The position numbers were made by a program, and so were the translations under genes. DNA of 64,000 nucleotides, from the IMG/VR virus record IMGVR_UViG_3300025876_000019, positions 6,526 to 70,525 of that record, one strand, 5' to 3'. Of this stretch, positions 8,272-19,000 are shown piece after piece. Source of the stretch: a virus. The number at the start of each line of letters is the position of its first letter. The stretch's first letter is position 1. The notes below the pieces were generated by a model that was not told the DNA's origin, did no database searches, and was given only the letters and a program-made list of their open reading frames with translations.

Positions 8272-8996
8272 TAGCTACAGAAACATCAAGGGATATAAGC
8301 GTAAATGGAATAAGGGTAACCTGTTACTCGGATGGCAGTATAGAGGTTCACGTTCCGCGCAGTAGAGGTCGTACTTTTGGATGCACGGACGGTAGAGGTT
8401 ACGTGCAGCATACCATTAACTCACATTCATTAAAGATTCACGATTTAATCGCAAGAGCCTTCCTTGGATCGAGACCCAACAACTATGACGTTGATCATAT
8501 CAATGGGGATAAATTAAACAATGCTCCGTACAACCTTCGGTACGTCACACGATCTCAGAATCTAAGGGGGTCACAAAAGATAAAAGGAAATTCCAAGTAC
8601 CGCGGAGTATACTGGCCATCTGGAAAGAAAAGATGCCGAGTTACAATTGATGTCGGTAGAGGCAAGAGCAGGAAGTTGTATGAACTGGGCTACTTTGATG
8701 ACGAGAAGGAGGCCGCTATTGCCCGTGATACCTTCTGCTACGAGGAGTTAAATTATCCACTAGAAGGGTTAAATTTTCCCGAGTTATTTGTTGACAAAGA
8801 GAAGGCTTCCATACAAGTTCAGAGGATGCAAGACAATGAAGAAAACATTGAAAGAATCCAGACCCAGATCGATATGATTCGGCAGGAATCCAGGCTTCTA
8901 TCCTACCGCATTGATCGTATGACCGAGCAGCGAAAGGAGCTACAGGATGAGAAGCGTAACCTAAAAGATTTACTTATCAATTATAAGAACCCATAG
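8268..8996 (+). CDS. HNH endonuclease with AP2-like domain, fused in frame to a C-terminal coiled coil
   Basis: H.LIA.AF...VDHINGDKLNN...NLRYVTRSQN; SKYRGV; LGYFDDEKEAAIARD; LNFP. Confidence 0.85.
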   Translation: MIATETSRDISVNGIRVTCYSDGSIEVHVPRSRGRTFGCTDGRGYVQHTINSHSLKIHDLIARAFLGSRPNNYDVDHINGDKLNNAPYNLRYVTRSQNLRGSQKIKGNSKYRGVYWPSGKKRCRVTIDVGRGKSRKLYELGYFDDEKEAAIARDTFCYEELNYPLEGLNFPELFVDKEKASIQVQRMQDNEENIERIQTQIDMIRQESRLLSYRIDRMTEQRKELQDEKRNLKDLLINYKNP

Positions 8997-9008
8997 TGTA
9001 TAATACTT

Positions 9009-9151
9009 ATCAGTGAGTTTGCTTCCTTTTCTCACTGAAATAACAAGGTAAGCTGTTGGAGTAATCCGCAGCGGGATCGGTTTATGTCCTATTTGACTCC
9101 TTGTTTCGTTACGGTAGCCCCGTCCTTTATGTGTGGAGGACGGGGCTTTTC
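9009..9151 (+). ncRNA. candidate structured small RNA of phage A
   Basis: TATAAT 8999-9004; hairpin 9010-9038; three-way junction with GTAA tetraloop; terminator AGCCCCGTCCT/AGGACGGGGCT-TTT. Confidence 0.6.
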
Positions 9152-9152
9152 G

Positions 9153-12100
9153 TTACCTGCTGAACGCATCCCTGAAGGATTGCATATCAAGCATTAACTG
9201 CTGTACTCCGTCGGTCAGAACCTTTCGATCAATCTGCTCCTGTATATATCTGGCAGCTTGTTCCCGCTCCATACCTTCAATGCGCTTCACGAAGTACTGA
9301 GCACGTGCGGCTTTTGTTAGTGATTTAACTTGACGATCTGCCGAAGTAATACCAGCGGCCTCGTCCTTAAAAAATCTTTCCACGCGGCGTACAACTGATT
9401 CATTCACGTCCTGATCAATTGACATATCCTGGAGGATTCGGCCAATCTCTGGACGACTCTGAGCGTCCTTGATTTTTTGCTTATAGTTACCAGCAATTCT
9501 ACTAGCTTTCGCGGATGAAGTATTATCCTGCTTCTGCACATTATCAAGGAGCTGTTGATCTCCTGTGCGCATCTCAAATGCCTTCGCATATGTTTCACCG
9601 TAGAATCTGCGTAGGATTGGAACCTCTGAACGGTTTATCTTCTCTCCGTTCCACATCTTAGCTGTAGTGTTGAGGAGCCTCTTAACCGTTGTACCCGGAC
9701 CGCCAGTATAGTTCTGGTACAAGTACAGCAATGTTTCCGGCGATACCTCTTGTCCCATATCCTCCAGTTGTTCAGCTAAGTTCATCGCTAACTCGCCACC
9801 CTGTGTACGTGCAGTCCAAGGGTGAATCTTTTCTACCGCTGACATATTCTCCTGCTCAAGCCAGTGAGGTCGGATGTCTCGACCCAGCCCATCTTTATTT
9901 CTAGCTATATCATATATAGGTCGAAGGACCGTGGGGATTGGAGATCCACCCATCGGATTGTATGAGTCAATGATGTTCTTCGACATATCAGCGGCAATAG
10001 TTTTAACATCAAGGTTATCCTCACCGCCGAACATAATTCGCTGACCGTAGTCAGCAGCAATCTTAAATGGAACCATTGAGTACCCGATTGGGATGGATGC
10101 GTAGTCCAGGCTTCCATCCTCATTCTTACCCCGAACAATAGTCATATGCTTATTGATCTTGAACTCAGGTATCTTCTCCCGCCAAGCTTCATCAATACTA
10201 CTATTCCACTTATCAAGAATAAGGGCAGTACTGGTTAGAGTTCCCATAACAGATGTAGCCACCAATGGGTTCTTCATACTGCGCAAGAAGTTCTTAGCAC
10301 CCTGGATCGCTGGGTTACTGAACAGGTACAACGCCCGTAGTGAGTCCCCCTGTGATCCCTGTAGGTTCGGGTCAAATGAACTATTCCTAGCAGCAAAAGC
10401 GGCTTGATCCATAGTCATACCACTAGCTCGACCATTGCGATAGGTCGCAAACCTAGTAGCATTCTCGAAGTATTCATTAACCCGATTGATCCAATTATTA
10501 AATTCTTTGGCCTTTGATTTGGTTGGTTGATTTAATTTCCCACTAAGCTTCGCAATACTTTCATTGATGTCCTGCATTGTGGATAATCCGAGTCCTCCTG
10601 TCCGACCACCTGCCTTGACGAACTCTTCGTACATTAAATCGAGTTCACCTTGCCTGGTTCCCGGCTGTGCCTTGTTCCCTATTAGATTTCTACGAATCGT
10701 ACGGATATCGTCATTCAATGCAGTAACAGGATTCAGTAGCTTAGCCGCTTTACCGAGTGACATATTAGCCATCCCATTCACAAAAGCTTCAGATCTGTCA
10801 CGAATCAAATTGGGTACAGCAAACTCAGGATTGAATCGAGTGTAAAGACCACCCATAAATCTGTTCATTACCATTGCCCCCTTGAGGATTCCGGCAACCT
10901 GCTGTTTGTTTGTCCCTTTGAGAGCCGCAGCCAACTTCGGGTCAGTAATCTCTATGTGTAGGGGTTTACCATTTTCAAATACGGTCAGTACGTTTTTCCC
11001 AGCATCTTTATATACTGGAACCTCCTTGCGTGGAACCTGCTTTCCCAGTGCTCGAAGCGCATTTGCTTCATCGGAGGTGTCCTTTACAAGCTTAGTTTCA
11101 GTTACCTGGGGCTTAGTGACCTTGGCTATATTTTTCGATGTTGCAGGGTTGTCCCTGATAAGTTTAACGAATGCTTGGTTAGCCTTGTTTACTTCGGCCC
11201 TCTGGGTAGCATTGATTAAGTTATCAAATACATTCTTATAAATATCATCCACCTCTAACTCAGAACCCTTGGCTCTTCGTATTCCGCTTGAGGTTGTTTC
11301 GTACCGTCCTGCACGACCACTTACACTGGACACAACATCTGCCAGCTCATCAGTCTCCATAATCCGATTCAGCGGAACATAGTCCGGGAACTTCTTGCGT
11401 AGAGAATCAGCGTCAACCTTACTAATTAATCCTCCACCCTCAAGGGTAGTAAGGATTCTTTTTGATAAGTCCCGACGCATCCCGATGGACTCGCCCAGTT
11501 GCTTATCTAGACCTTGGGATTCAAATCGGTCAATGATGTCCTTGAACTCTTGTGTGCTGCGTCCTGCTGCGCCATCACCTTTAAACTTGGAACGGTTCGC
11601 CTTATTGTACGCTATACCGTGTTTCGCGTACAGGTACTCATTGACTGATCGAGAGAGAACTTCCGCCTCCGTCCCAATCTCATTAGCTTTAGCCATCAGA
11701 AAGTTACCATCAAGCTCAACAAGCTTCTGAGCCTCTTCAGCTTTCTCCGCTATATGCTGGCTGGATAATCTCCGCTTCATATAGAAGTCACTGTCATCGG
11801 ACTTTACTTTTAGTGGAGCATCCTTCTGTTTGATTTGACCACCAGCTACTACATCCTGTAGGACACGAGCACGAATCATCTCATCACTGTAAGCATCACT
11901 GATGCCCAACTTTAGATCATTGAAGTTCTTCGGTAGCATCTCAGCGTACTCCTTACCCGTACGTTCAACTCCATCTACTAGAATCTTGGCATCGGGATCA
12001 CCGATCTTAAATGCTTCCGTAAGGCGGCGTGTCGGCATACCCCCAAACTTACTGTAAGCTTTGCTGAACGCTTCTCCAGTCATACCTAGGCCAGCACCTA

Positions 12101-12665
12101 GAGCAGCGCCCGTGAGTCCAGCAGCACCTAACTCTTCAATTGTAGGTAGTTCTCCCTCATCAATGATTCCTTCCCCCGCAATAGCCCCAGTAGATATAGC
12201 AGCACCAGCTGCGGCCTGACGGCCTACTGCACTCAATAGTGGCTTACCAGCTTTCCCTCCAGGTATGAGGTTTATCAATGCAGAGCTTACAATGTCTCCG
12301 TAGCTTAACTCACCGTCTGGATCGAGTATACGCTGACGAGCAATAGAACCAGCAGCACCAGCACCAAGTCCTCCAATAATATAACCAGCGGCAGTGCCAA
12401 CACCTGGGAGAATTGCTGTTCCTAGAGCAGCACCACCAAGTCGTCCAGCCTCAGATACGGCTATATCGGTAGCAAAGGCAGCACCATATTCAGCAACTGT
12501 GTTGCCTTCGTCTTCAGCCCCTTGCTCTACCTCCTCGGATGGTGCTCGAAATCCTATAGGCTCAAGATCGCTCTGTGGTGCGCGAAAACCTTTCGATTGA
12601 ACTTCATCTTGTGGTGCTCGGAAGCTAGATGGTTCGACCTCATCTTGTGGTGCTCGGAATGCCAT
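9153..12665 (-). CDS. large internal virion/ejected protein with LPD38-like C-terminus
   Basis: 1170 aa; four N-terminal FRAP(Q/S) repeats; YVPLNR, NP.F.V.NL.RD, ENATRFATY, LYLFSN..IQG. Confidence 0.7.
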   Translation of the reverse strand: MAFRAPQDEVEPSSFRAPQDEVQSKGFRAPQSDLEPIGFRAPSEEVEQGAEDEGNTVAEYGAAFATDIAVSEAGRLGGAALGTAILPGVGTAAGYIIGGLGAGAAGSIARQRILDPDGELSYGDIVSSALINLIPGGKAGKPLLSAVGRQAAAGAAISTGAIAGEGIIDEGELPTIEELGAAGLTGAALGAGLGMTGEAFSKAYSKFGGMPTRRLTEAFKIGDPDAKILVDGVERTGKEYAEMLPKNFNDLKLGISDAYSDEMIRARVLQDVVAGGQIKQKDAPLKVKSDDSDFYMKRRLSSQHIAEKAEEAQKLVELDGNFLMAKANEIGTEAEVLSRSVNEYLYAKHGIAYNKANRSKFKGDGAAGRSTQEFKDIIDRFESQGLDKQLGESIGMRRDLSKRILTTLEGGGLISKVDADSLRKKFPDYVPLNRIMETDELADVVSSVSGRAGRYETTSSGIRRAKGSELEVDDIYKNVFDNLINATQRAEVNKANQAFVKLIRDNPATSKNIAKVTKPQVTETKLVKDTSDEANALRALGKQVPRKEVPVYKDAGKNVLTVFENGKPLHIEITDPKLAAALKGTNKQQVAGILKGAMVMNRFMGGLYTRFNPEFAVPNLIRDRSEAFVNGMANMSLGKAAKLLNPVTALNDDIRTIRRNLIGNKAQPGTRQGELDLMYEEFVKAGGRTGGLGLSTMQDINESIAKLSGKLNQPTKSKAKEFNNWINRVNEYFENATRFATYRNGRASGMTMDQAAFAARNSSFDPNLQGSQGDSLRALYLFSNPAIQGAKNFLRSMKNPLVATSVMGTLTSTALILDKWNSSIDEAWREKIPEFKINKHMTIVRGKNEDGSLDYASIPIGYSMVPFKIAADYGQRIMFGGEDNLDVKTIAADMSKNIIDSYNPMGGSPIPTVLRPIYDIARNKDGLGRDIRPHWLEQENMSAVEKIHPWTARTQGGELAMNLAEQLEDMGQEVSPETLLYLYQNYTGGPGTTVKRLLNTTAKMWNGEKINRSEVPILRRFYGETYAKAFEMRTGDQQLLDNVQKQDNTSSAKASRIAGNYKQKIKDAQSRPEIGRILQDMSIDQDVNESVVRRVERFFKDEAAGITSADRQVKSLTKAARAQYFVKRIEGMEREQAARYIQEQIDRKVLTDGVQQLMLDMQSFRDAFSR

Positions 12666-12666
12666 A

Positions 12667-15045
12667 TTATTTCTTGGTAGCTATGTTGCCATCTTCGTCA
12701 GTATAACGAGTTCCTTTAGCTAGATTGTTATATTCCTCTTGGGTCTTAACCAGTACTGGCTCTCCTCCCGACTTTGAACCATCCCCGTAAATGATACTCA
12801 TAAGGTCACTTGAGTCCTCGCCTCCCTTGGCTTGCCATCCTAGATCCCGGAGGATGAATTTGTTACGATCCTCTGGCTTAATGCTTCCCGCTGCAATAGC
12901 TTCATCTACTTCAGCTGCGGACTCTTGATACTCGGATGGTTTCTCCTGTTGCATCTTATCGATTTCCAACCCCAGTTTGTATACACGCATCGCATCGTAT
13001 TGCTGCTTCTGTACATCAACTGGCTGTAGGCTTCTCTCTAAGCCAGCTACGCCGCCCATCTCTTGACCCTGAGTGCTTCCGCTCCACCGTGCTAGGCGGT
13101 TTATCTGTTTAGCCGTCCTGCGACCCTCTGGGGTCAACATAGCCTGGCGGACATCGGTTGGTACGTTCTGGGATGACTGAGTACGCTCTCCTGCGATACG
13201 TGTATCGCGCTCAGTAATACTCTCTCCCGGTTGTTGCATACGAGCAGCTAGTCGTCCTTCACGGGCAGCTGCCTCATCTTCATAACCCCTATAAGCGTCA
13301 GCACGATTTTCAAAGCCAGCAGGAATCATACGACCCTGTGGGTCAGTACGTAAACCATATACACCCTCGGTTCCATTAGGTGCATTCAGGTACTCATTGA
13401 GGGTCCGTCCACCTAAGCGAGCACGAGTCTCTTCGACGCTCATAGGTGCTGCACCACCGTAACCGTACTCTGGTCGATTAACTTGAGGAGCCTGCCCCTG
13501 CTGGGATTGTAAAAATGGTTCCCTAGAGAAACCTGTTTCTGGATCAAAGGTCGTACCCATACGTGCGGCTTCCGCTTCTCCCCGTGCAATTTGTTCGGGT
13601 GTCAAAGGTCCCCGTGATCGGTACTCCTCAAAGAAAGCTTGTGGGCTACCTGGTGCAGCTTGAGACTGTAAGGCTGCGATTTGTGCTGCTGGTGCTGGTA
13701 CAATTGGTGCTTCGGTTTGAAAAGAATCAGGGCTAGTCAGCGGCGTTTCATTTAGTTCGCTTAGTGCCGATAGACCTTCTCGAAATAAAGTTGGTTGCGT
13801 TGGAGTTGCGCCAAATGCTGTTTCTGCCTCAGCACCTCCCCCCTGTGGCGTATATGGTGCTGGCTGAGTAAACTGTTCCCCGAGCCTTCCAACAAGCCTG
13901 GACATAAATCCCTCCTCAGGAGCCACCGCACTTAAACTAGGAACTGTGCCGCCAGATGCAATTATATCAGCATTTGTCTGAGCGAGTCGTGCCTCAATTC
14001 TGGCTCTATCTTCTGGCGATAATCCAGCCTCACGTTCCATCGTATATTGGTTATCCTCTACGGGAGTACCACCCATTGAAGTGAATGGATTGTTTTCCAC
14101 TAGACCAGAATACGTCTCTGGGGCATTCTGTATTTCACCCGCAAAGTCCAATGGTGGCACGAAAGCATTTGCATCCGCTACCGCCTCGGCCTGTGCCGCT
14201 GCGGCGTATTGAGCTTCTTGTGCCTTCCGAGCGTTATCCGCATTTACTACGTCAGCGTAATTCATTCCAGTGGTCTCGGCTCCACCAGTGAACAATGAAA
14301 CTCCGTTCAGTACCCCAGTTCCATCAGGCATAAAGTCAACCTCGCGATTTGATGTGTCCAGTCCGCGGATTGATGTATCAGCAGTTCCAAGTCTAGCTGC
14401 TGCTGTTGCCGGATCCTCACCTGCAGCAACTGCGCTATTATATGCCCCAGTCAGTGTACTGTCACCTATGAGATTCGGCGTTACGGCTGCTGTGTAAGCT
14501 GAACCCTTTAATAGGTTACTCGCAATGCTACTCAAAGGATTAGCATTTAGTCCCCCAAGAACCTTATTGGGTGTTAGCGGTGTTGTACTTTTTATGTTTG
14601 GCCTATTAAAGACACCTGTCTTAACGCGACCTTTAACTTCTGGATTTACTCCTCCCGTTGGAAGGTTACTGCCAAGGACCGAACTCGGAGTTTGAAGCGG
14701 TAGCTTGGGTGTACCCGTCACCGCTGGGTTTACTCCTCCCTTCGGAAGGTTCTGCCCTATGATTGCTGGATTGAATGCTGCCCTCTGAGCAGCCAGATTA
14801 GCTGCGTCCTGTGCAGCTACCTTCTGAGCAAATGACGATAGTACTTGGGATGTCGCTGGTGCGCCACCAGTCTGAGAGGCGACAAAGCCACCACCTAGTC
14901 CTAGTCCACCCATCAGCATAGGATTGGTATCCATCCCAGTCTCCTGTTGACCCTGTTGACCAATGAGGTCATAGGGCTGCGTCATAGAGTTATTGGCGGC
15001 TGCTTCCTGTGCAAGGCGTAGGGCTTCTAGTTCTTCTGGGGTCAT
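12667..15045 (-). CDS. low-complexity internal virion protein
   Basis: 792 aa, A/G/Q/P-rich; leaderless TGcTATAAT promoter upstream. Confidence 0.65.
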   Translation of the reverse strand: MTPEELEALRLAQEAAANNSMTQPYDLIGQQGQQETGMDTNPMLMGGLGLGGGFVASQTGGAPATSQVLSSFAQKVAAQDAANLAAQRAAFNPAIIGQNLPKGGVNPAVTGTPKLPLQTPSSVLGSNLPTGGVNPEVKGRVKTGVFNRPNIKSTTPLTPNKVLGGLNANPLSSIASNLLKGSAYTAAVTPNLIGDSTLTGAYNSAVAAGEDPATAAARLGTADTSIRGLDTSNREVDFMPDGTGVLNGVSLFTGGAETTGMNYADVVNADNARKAQEAQYAAAAQAEAVADANAFVPPLDFAGEIQNAPETYSGLVENNPFTSMGGTPVEDNQYTMEREAGLSPEDRARIEARLAQTNADIIASGGTVPSLSAVAPEEGFMSRLVGRLGEQFTQPAPYTPQGGGAEAETAFGATPTQPTLFREGLSALSELNETPLTSPDSFQTEAPIVPAPAAQIAALQSQAAPGSPQAFFEEYRSRGPLTPEQIARGEAEAARMGTTFDPETGFSREPFLQSQQGQAPQVNRPEYGYGGAAPMSVEETRARLGGRTLNEYLNAPNGTEGVYGLRTDPQGRMIPAGFENRADAYRGYEDEAAAREGRLAARMQQPGESITERDTRIAGERTQSSQNVPTDVRQAMLTPEGRRTAKQINRLARWSGSTQGQEMGGVAGLERSLQPVDVQKQQYDAMRVYKLGLEIDKMQQEKPSEYQESAAEVDEAIAAGSIKPEDRNKFILRDLGWQAKGGEDSSDLMSIIYGDGSKSGGEPVLVKTQEEYNNLAKGTRYTDEDGNIATKK

Positions 15046-15113
15046 AGCGGTATTATAGCATAAGGGGTTAAGTTATTGGAAATTTCTTGTTTAAATGTAG
15101 TTAATGTGTCGAA

Positions 15114-15770
15114 TTAGTAAGTGTAGAGCGCTACATCAGTTATCGACGCTGAAACTCCAGTTGTCCCAAGGTCAAGGTATGCTGTTATAAATGGAATGCC
15201 TTGAAATGTTACGTTCGTTAATACGGGGGGCGTTCCAACGTATATGCTTGATATTTGCGTCCACGCATCTGAATCAGACGCGTTGGGGGCTGACCCAGCA
15301 AAAAGAATTGTCTCTACATAATTAGATGTATTGTTGGCGCTACAGGAAGCAATATAGCCGAAAGAGTATCCAAGGAAGTTTGACTCAATGGATGTATCGC
15401 CATTATACATTGCGATAATCCCTGACGAGCTTATAAAGATGCTTTGTGATGCAAAAGGGTAGTCTGGTGCGCCCGCATTGTTCTCTTCAAAATCAGAGTA
15501 ACTTCCCCCGCAGACGCGTTTTATTGGCGTATCGGTATCGGGTATGTTTATGTCGCTTACGGTAGCCGTTCCAGCGGTTCCTGTTGCTAGGGCCGCCCCA
15601 ACTATCCCATATAGATTCCAATAGAGATTCATTGCCTGATTGAGCGTCAAAGCGTTAATAACTGGAGGAGCCCAGGTTCCGCCTTCCGTTTCAGTCATAT
15701 CAACCTTAGTGATACACTCGGGAAACCCGTTGCCCGCACCCAGTGCCGTAAACCCTGTTGCTGTTGGCAT
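15114..15770 (-). CDS. putative virion/tail protein
   Basis: 218 aa beta-rich; last gene of coupled tail cluster. Confidence 0.55.
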   Translation of the reverse strand: MPTATGFTALGAGNGFPECITKVDMTETEGGTWAPPVINALTLNQAMNLYWNLYGIVGAALATGTAGTATVSDINIPDTDTPIKRVCGGSYSDFEENNAGAPDYPFASQSIFISSSGIIAMYNGDTSIESNFLGYSFGYIASCSANNTSNYVETILFAGSAPNASDSDAWTQISSIYVGTPPVLTNVTFQGIPFITAYLDLGTTGVSASITDVALYTY

Positions 15771-16099
15771 TATGTAACTTTCCCAGTTATTGAACCAGTG
15801 ATTTGCGCATTCCAGGGTTCACCGTTTACACAGATAATAGCATTAAATGACGGTAGAGCTGGAGCATTTATGCCAGCATCCGTATTCAGTTCCGCGTATA
15901 AAGTTTGCTGTTGCGGCTGTTCAGTTTGGGATAATATCCTTTTATTTAACTTGTCAGCACCAGTTCCGCCCTGTGTCCTGTCCTGCGCTCTTTGCGTATC
16001 TCTCTGTGTGGCATCATTTGTTGATTGAGCGCGATTGTCAGTGTTTAGCCTAGATGCTGCTTCTGCTGTATATTTTTGGGTTTGAGTTGGTTCGGCCAT
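15770..16099 (-). CDS. putative virion protein
   Basis: 109 aa, start/stop overlaps on both sides. Confidence 0.6.
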   Translation of the reverse strand: MAEPTQTQKYTAEAASRLNTDNRAQSTNDATQRDTQRAQDRTQGGTGADKLNKRILSQTEQPQQQTLYAELNTDAGINAPALPSFNAIICVNGEPWNAQITGSITGKVT

Positions 16100-19000
16100 T
16101 ATATTGTTTCCTCCGTTACAACTTGATAATAAGTAGTGCCATCCAATGCACTTAGAACTGCGTTGACCGTGCGAGATATTACGCCAACCTCAGAGTAACC
16201 AGTTGCTGCTGTAGCACCAGTACCCGTGCAGCTCGATGATGATGATGAAAACGCAGTTTGAACGCTAATAGCATTTGGTGCAGACAAATAGGGTTGCTCG
16301 CTAGATTGGTAAAAAACGCTCCCGCTAGAAGAAGATGATGTTAAATAGCTTCCAACATAGTTCTGAACGTTTGCGCTTGAAGCAAAGCTTTTTTGATAGC
16401 CTACCTGTGAAAGTGTGGTGTTTCCATCAACCGCTGTTGCAACGGACCCATCGCCAGATTGAAGTTTTGTTTGAACAGATGTTACCGAACAAGATATTGC
16501 CCCAAGGTCATAGGCTCGACTAGCCGAGGCAGGTGGTGTTGTTGTAATTTCTATAGTGACCTGAGTTTGTACTTGCTTTTGCCGACGTGGAGTTGAGTTA
16601 GTGATTGCAATTGTACCACTAACATCTCCCTCTGATACAGCTTGAGTTGTACACGCTACGGTCCCTGGAACCTCAACTGTAGCTACGTCAGCATAGACAG
16701 TTTTAACCCCTTCAATCGCACCATCAAGCGTGGTCCTGATGTATTCAATGTATCCGTCCCTGACAATGTCTTGACTGTCAATTAAGACACCATCTGGGAT
16801 AAGTTCTGCCCCAAGGGACCTGATGGTTCTTTGTGTGGTTCCTGGGATATTATTTGGCCCAGCACTTTGAGAGATAAAGATTTGACCTTCCCCTAAAGCT
16901 CCAGAATAATCATATACAGTATGACCATCAGATTTTCTTTCTGATCTGCTTATAATTGTTCCAACTGGAGTTGGGGGTGTACCTACGGAAACAATTCGGT
17001 TAATTTTTAATTTACCTTGATTTCGCTCTTCCGTGCTATTTGATATTTCACCATCGCCAGTGGCTCCAACATTTGTGAAGATAGTATAGCCGTCCTCCTC
17101 CCTAGAAGAGGACGATATGTTGTCGATTCCAGATGCTACGCCGAGTGCAGTTGTTGTAACTATTTGCAGAGTATCTTGATATTGCTTGTCGGTTTTTGCT
17201 GAAATTACTCCAGTACCATTAGCGAATACATTGCGAAACAAAGTGTAGCCGTCTTGTTCGCGGGTAGTTGCTTCAACTTCTACTCCAGCTCCTGTACCCG
17301 CAGAACCCAAGGATTCTACCGTTGTGATTGTGAGTTTCCCCTGATTTTTTGTTTCGACGGTGCGTGACACTTCACCTTGCCCTTCGGCAAAGGTATTGCG
17401 AAATAATGTGTAGCCGTCCTGCTCACGAGTGGTTGCTTCTATCTCAACACCTGTCCCAGTGCCAGCAGTCCCAAGTGCTTCTACCGTAGTAATGGTAAGT
17501 TTACCTTGATTGCGAGTCTCTACGGTACGTGAGACTTCACCGTTTCCCTCGGCAAATGTATTACGGAATAGGGTATAACCATCTTGCTCCCTTGTGGTTG
17601 CCTCAATCTCAACACCAGTCCCAGTGCCAGCACTGCCCAAAGATTCTATCGTAGTAACAGTTAGCTTACCCTGATTGCGTGTCTCGGTAGTACGAGATAC
17701 CTCACCTTGCCCGTCAGCGAATACATTGCGGAAAAGGGTGTATCCGTCTTGCTCCCTTGTAGTGGCTTCAATCTCTACTCCACCCGCACTGCCAGCACTT
17801 CCCAGTGCTTCCACTGTAGTGATAGTTAGTTTACCTTGGTTGCGTGTTTCGGTGCTACGAGAGACTTCTCCATTACCTTGAGCGAATGTATTGCGGAATA
17901 ATGTGTAGCCGTCTTGTTCGCGGGTAGTCGCTTCAATCTCTACACCTGTTCCTGTGCCAGCGGAACCCAAGGATTCAATAGTAGTTACCGTGAGCTTGCC
18001 TTGATTACGGTACTCAGTGCTACGTGAGACCTCACCTTGTCCATCTGCGAATACATTACGGAAAAGAGTATAGCCGTCCTGTTCACGAGTAGTAGCTTCA
18101 ATTCCTACACCTATTGCAGAACCAGCAGTCCCAAGTGCTTCAACCGTAGTTACTGTAAGTTTACCTTGATTACGGTTCTCTACGGTTCTAGATACCTCAC
18201 CTTGTCCATCAGCAAAGACATTGCGAAATAATGTGTATCCATCCTGTTCGCGTGTTGTTGCTTCAACCTCAACCCCCGCTCCTGTTCCAGCACTTCCCAA
18301 GGATTCAACAGTAGTAATGGTAAGTTTACCTTGGTTACGGTACTCAATAGTACGAGAGACTTCACCATCTCCTGTGGCAAATGTATTGCGAAACAACGTG
18401 TAACCATCTTGCTCACGGGTAGTTGCCTCTATTTCTACCCCCGTTCCTGTGCCAGCAGCACCTAGTGCCTCTACCGTAGTTACTGTTAAAGCTCCTTGGT
18501 TTCTGGTTTCTACGGTACGAGATACTTCACCATTACCATCGGCGAAAGTATTGCGGAATAATATGTAACCGTCCTCTTCTCTGGTAGTAGCTTCTATTTC
18601 TATGCCTGTTGCAATTCCTGGAAAACCAAGAGATGTAACAGTAGTAATGGTAAGTGCACCTTGATTTTTAGTCTGGGAACTCCTTTCAACTTCCCCGAAC
18701 CCAAGCGCAAACACGTACTGATTTGTTGGGATACCCTCTACGTCACTTTGCCGAATTGAAATCTGCACTCCACCAATAGTACTTGTAGGAGTTTCGCTGA
18801 ATGCTTCAACTGTTTCAACCTTGAGCTTACCATTGTTTCTTGTGTCAACGTTCCTAGATAGTACTGACGGCTTAAGGAAGGTGTAACGGTTTGTTTTTAT
18901 GCCCTCAAAGTCGGATACCTGCGTGTTGGCTAGTACATATCCATCGGGAGTAGCAGGGTCAGCACCAATGGTTTCAATGACCTTGGCTTTCTGCGAACCT

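Noticed and set aside
9040-9105. tRNA gene
   Set aside because: No T-loop GTTCRA, D-loop or CCA, and only two internal stems
17215-18700. CRISPR array
   Set aside because: 165-bp in-frame coding repeats with synonymous variation and no unique spacers
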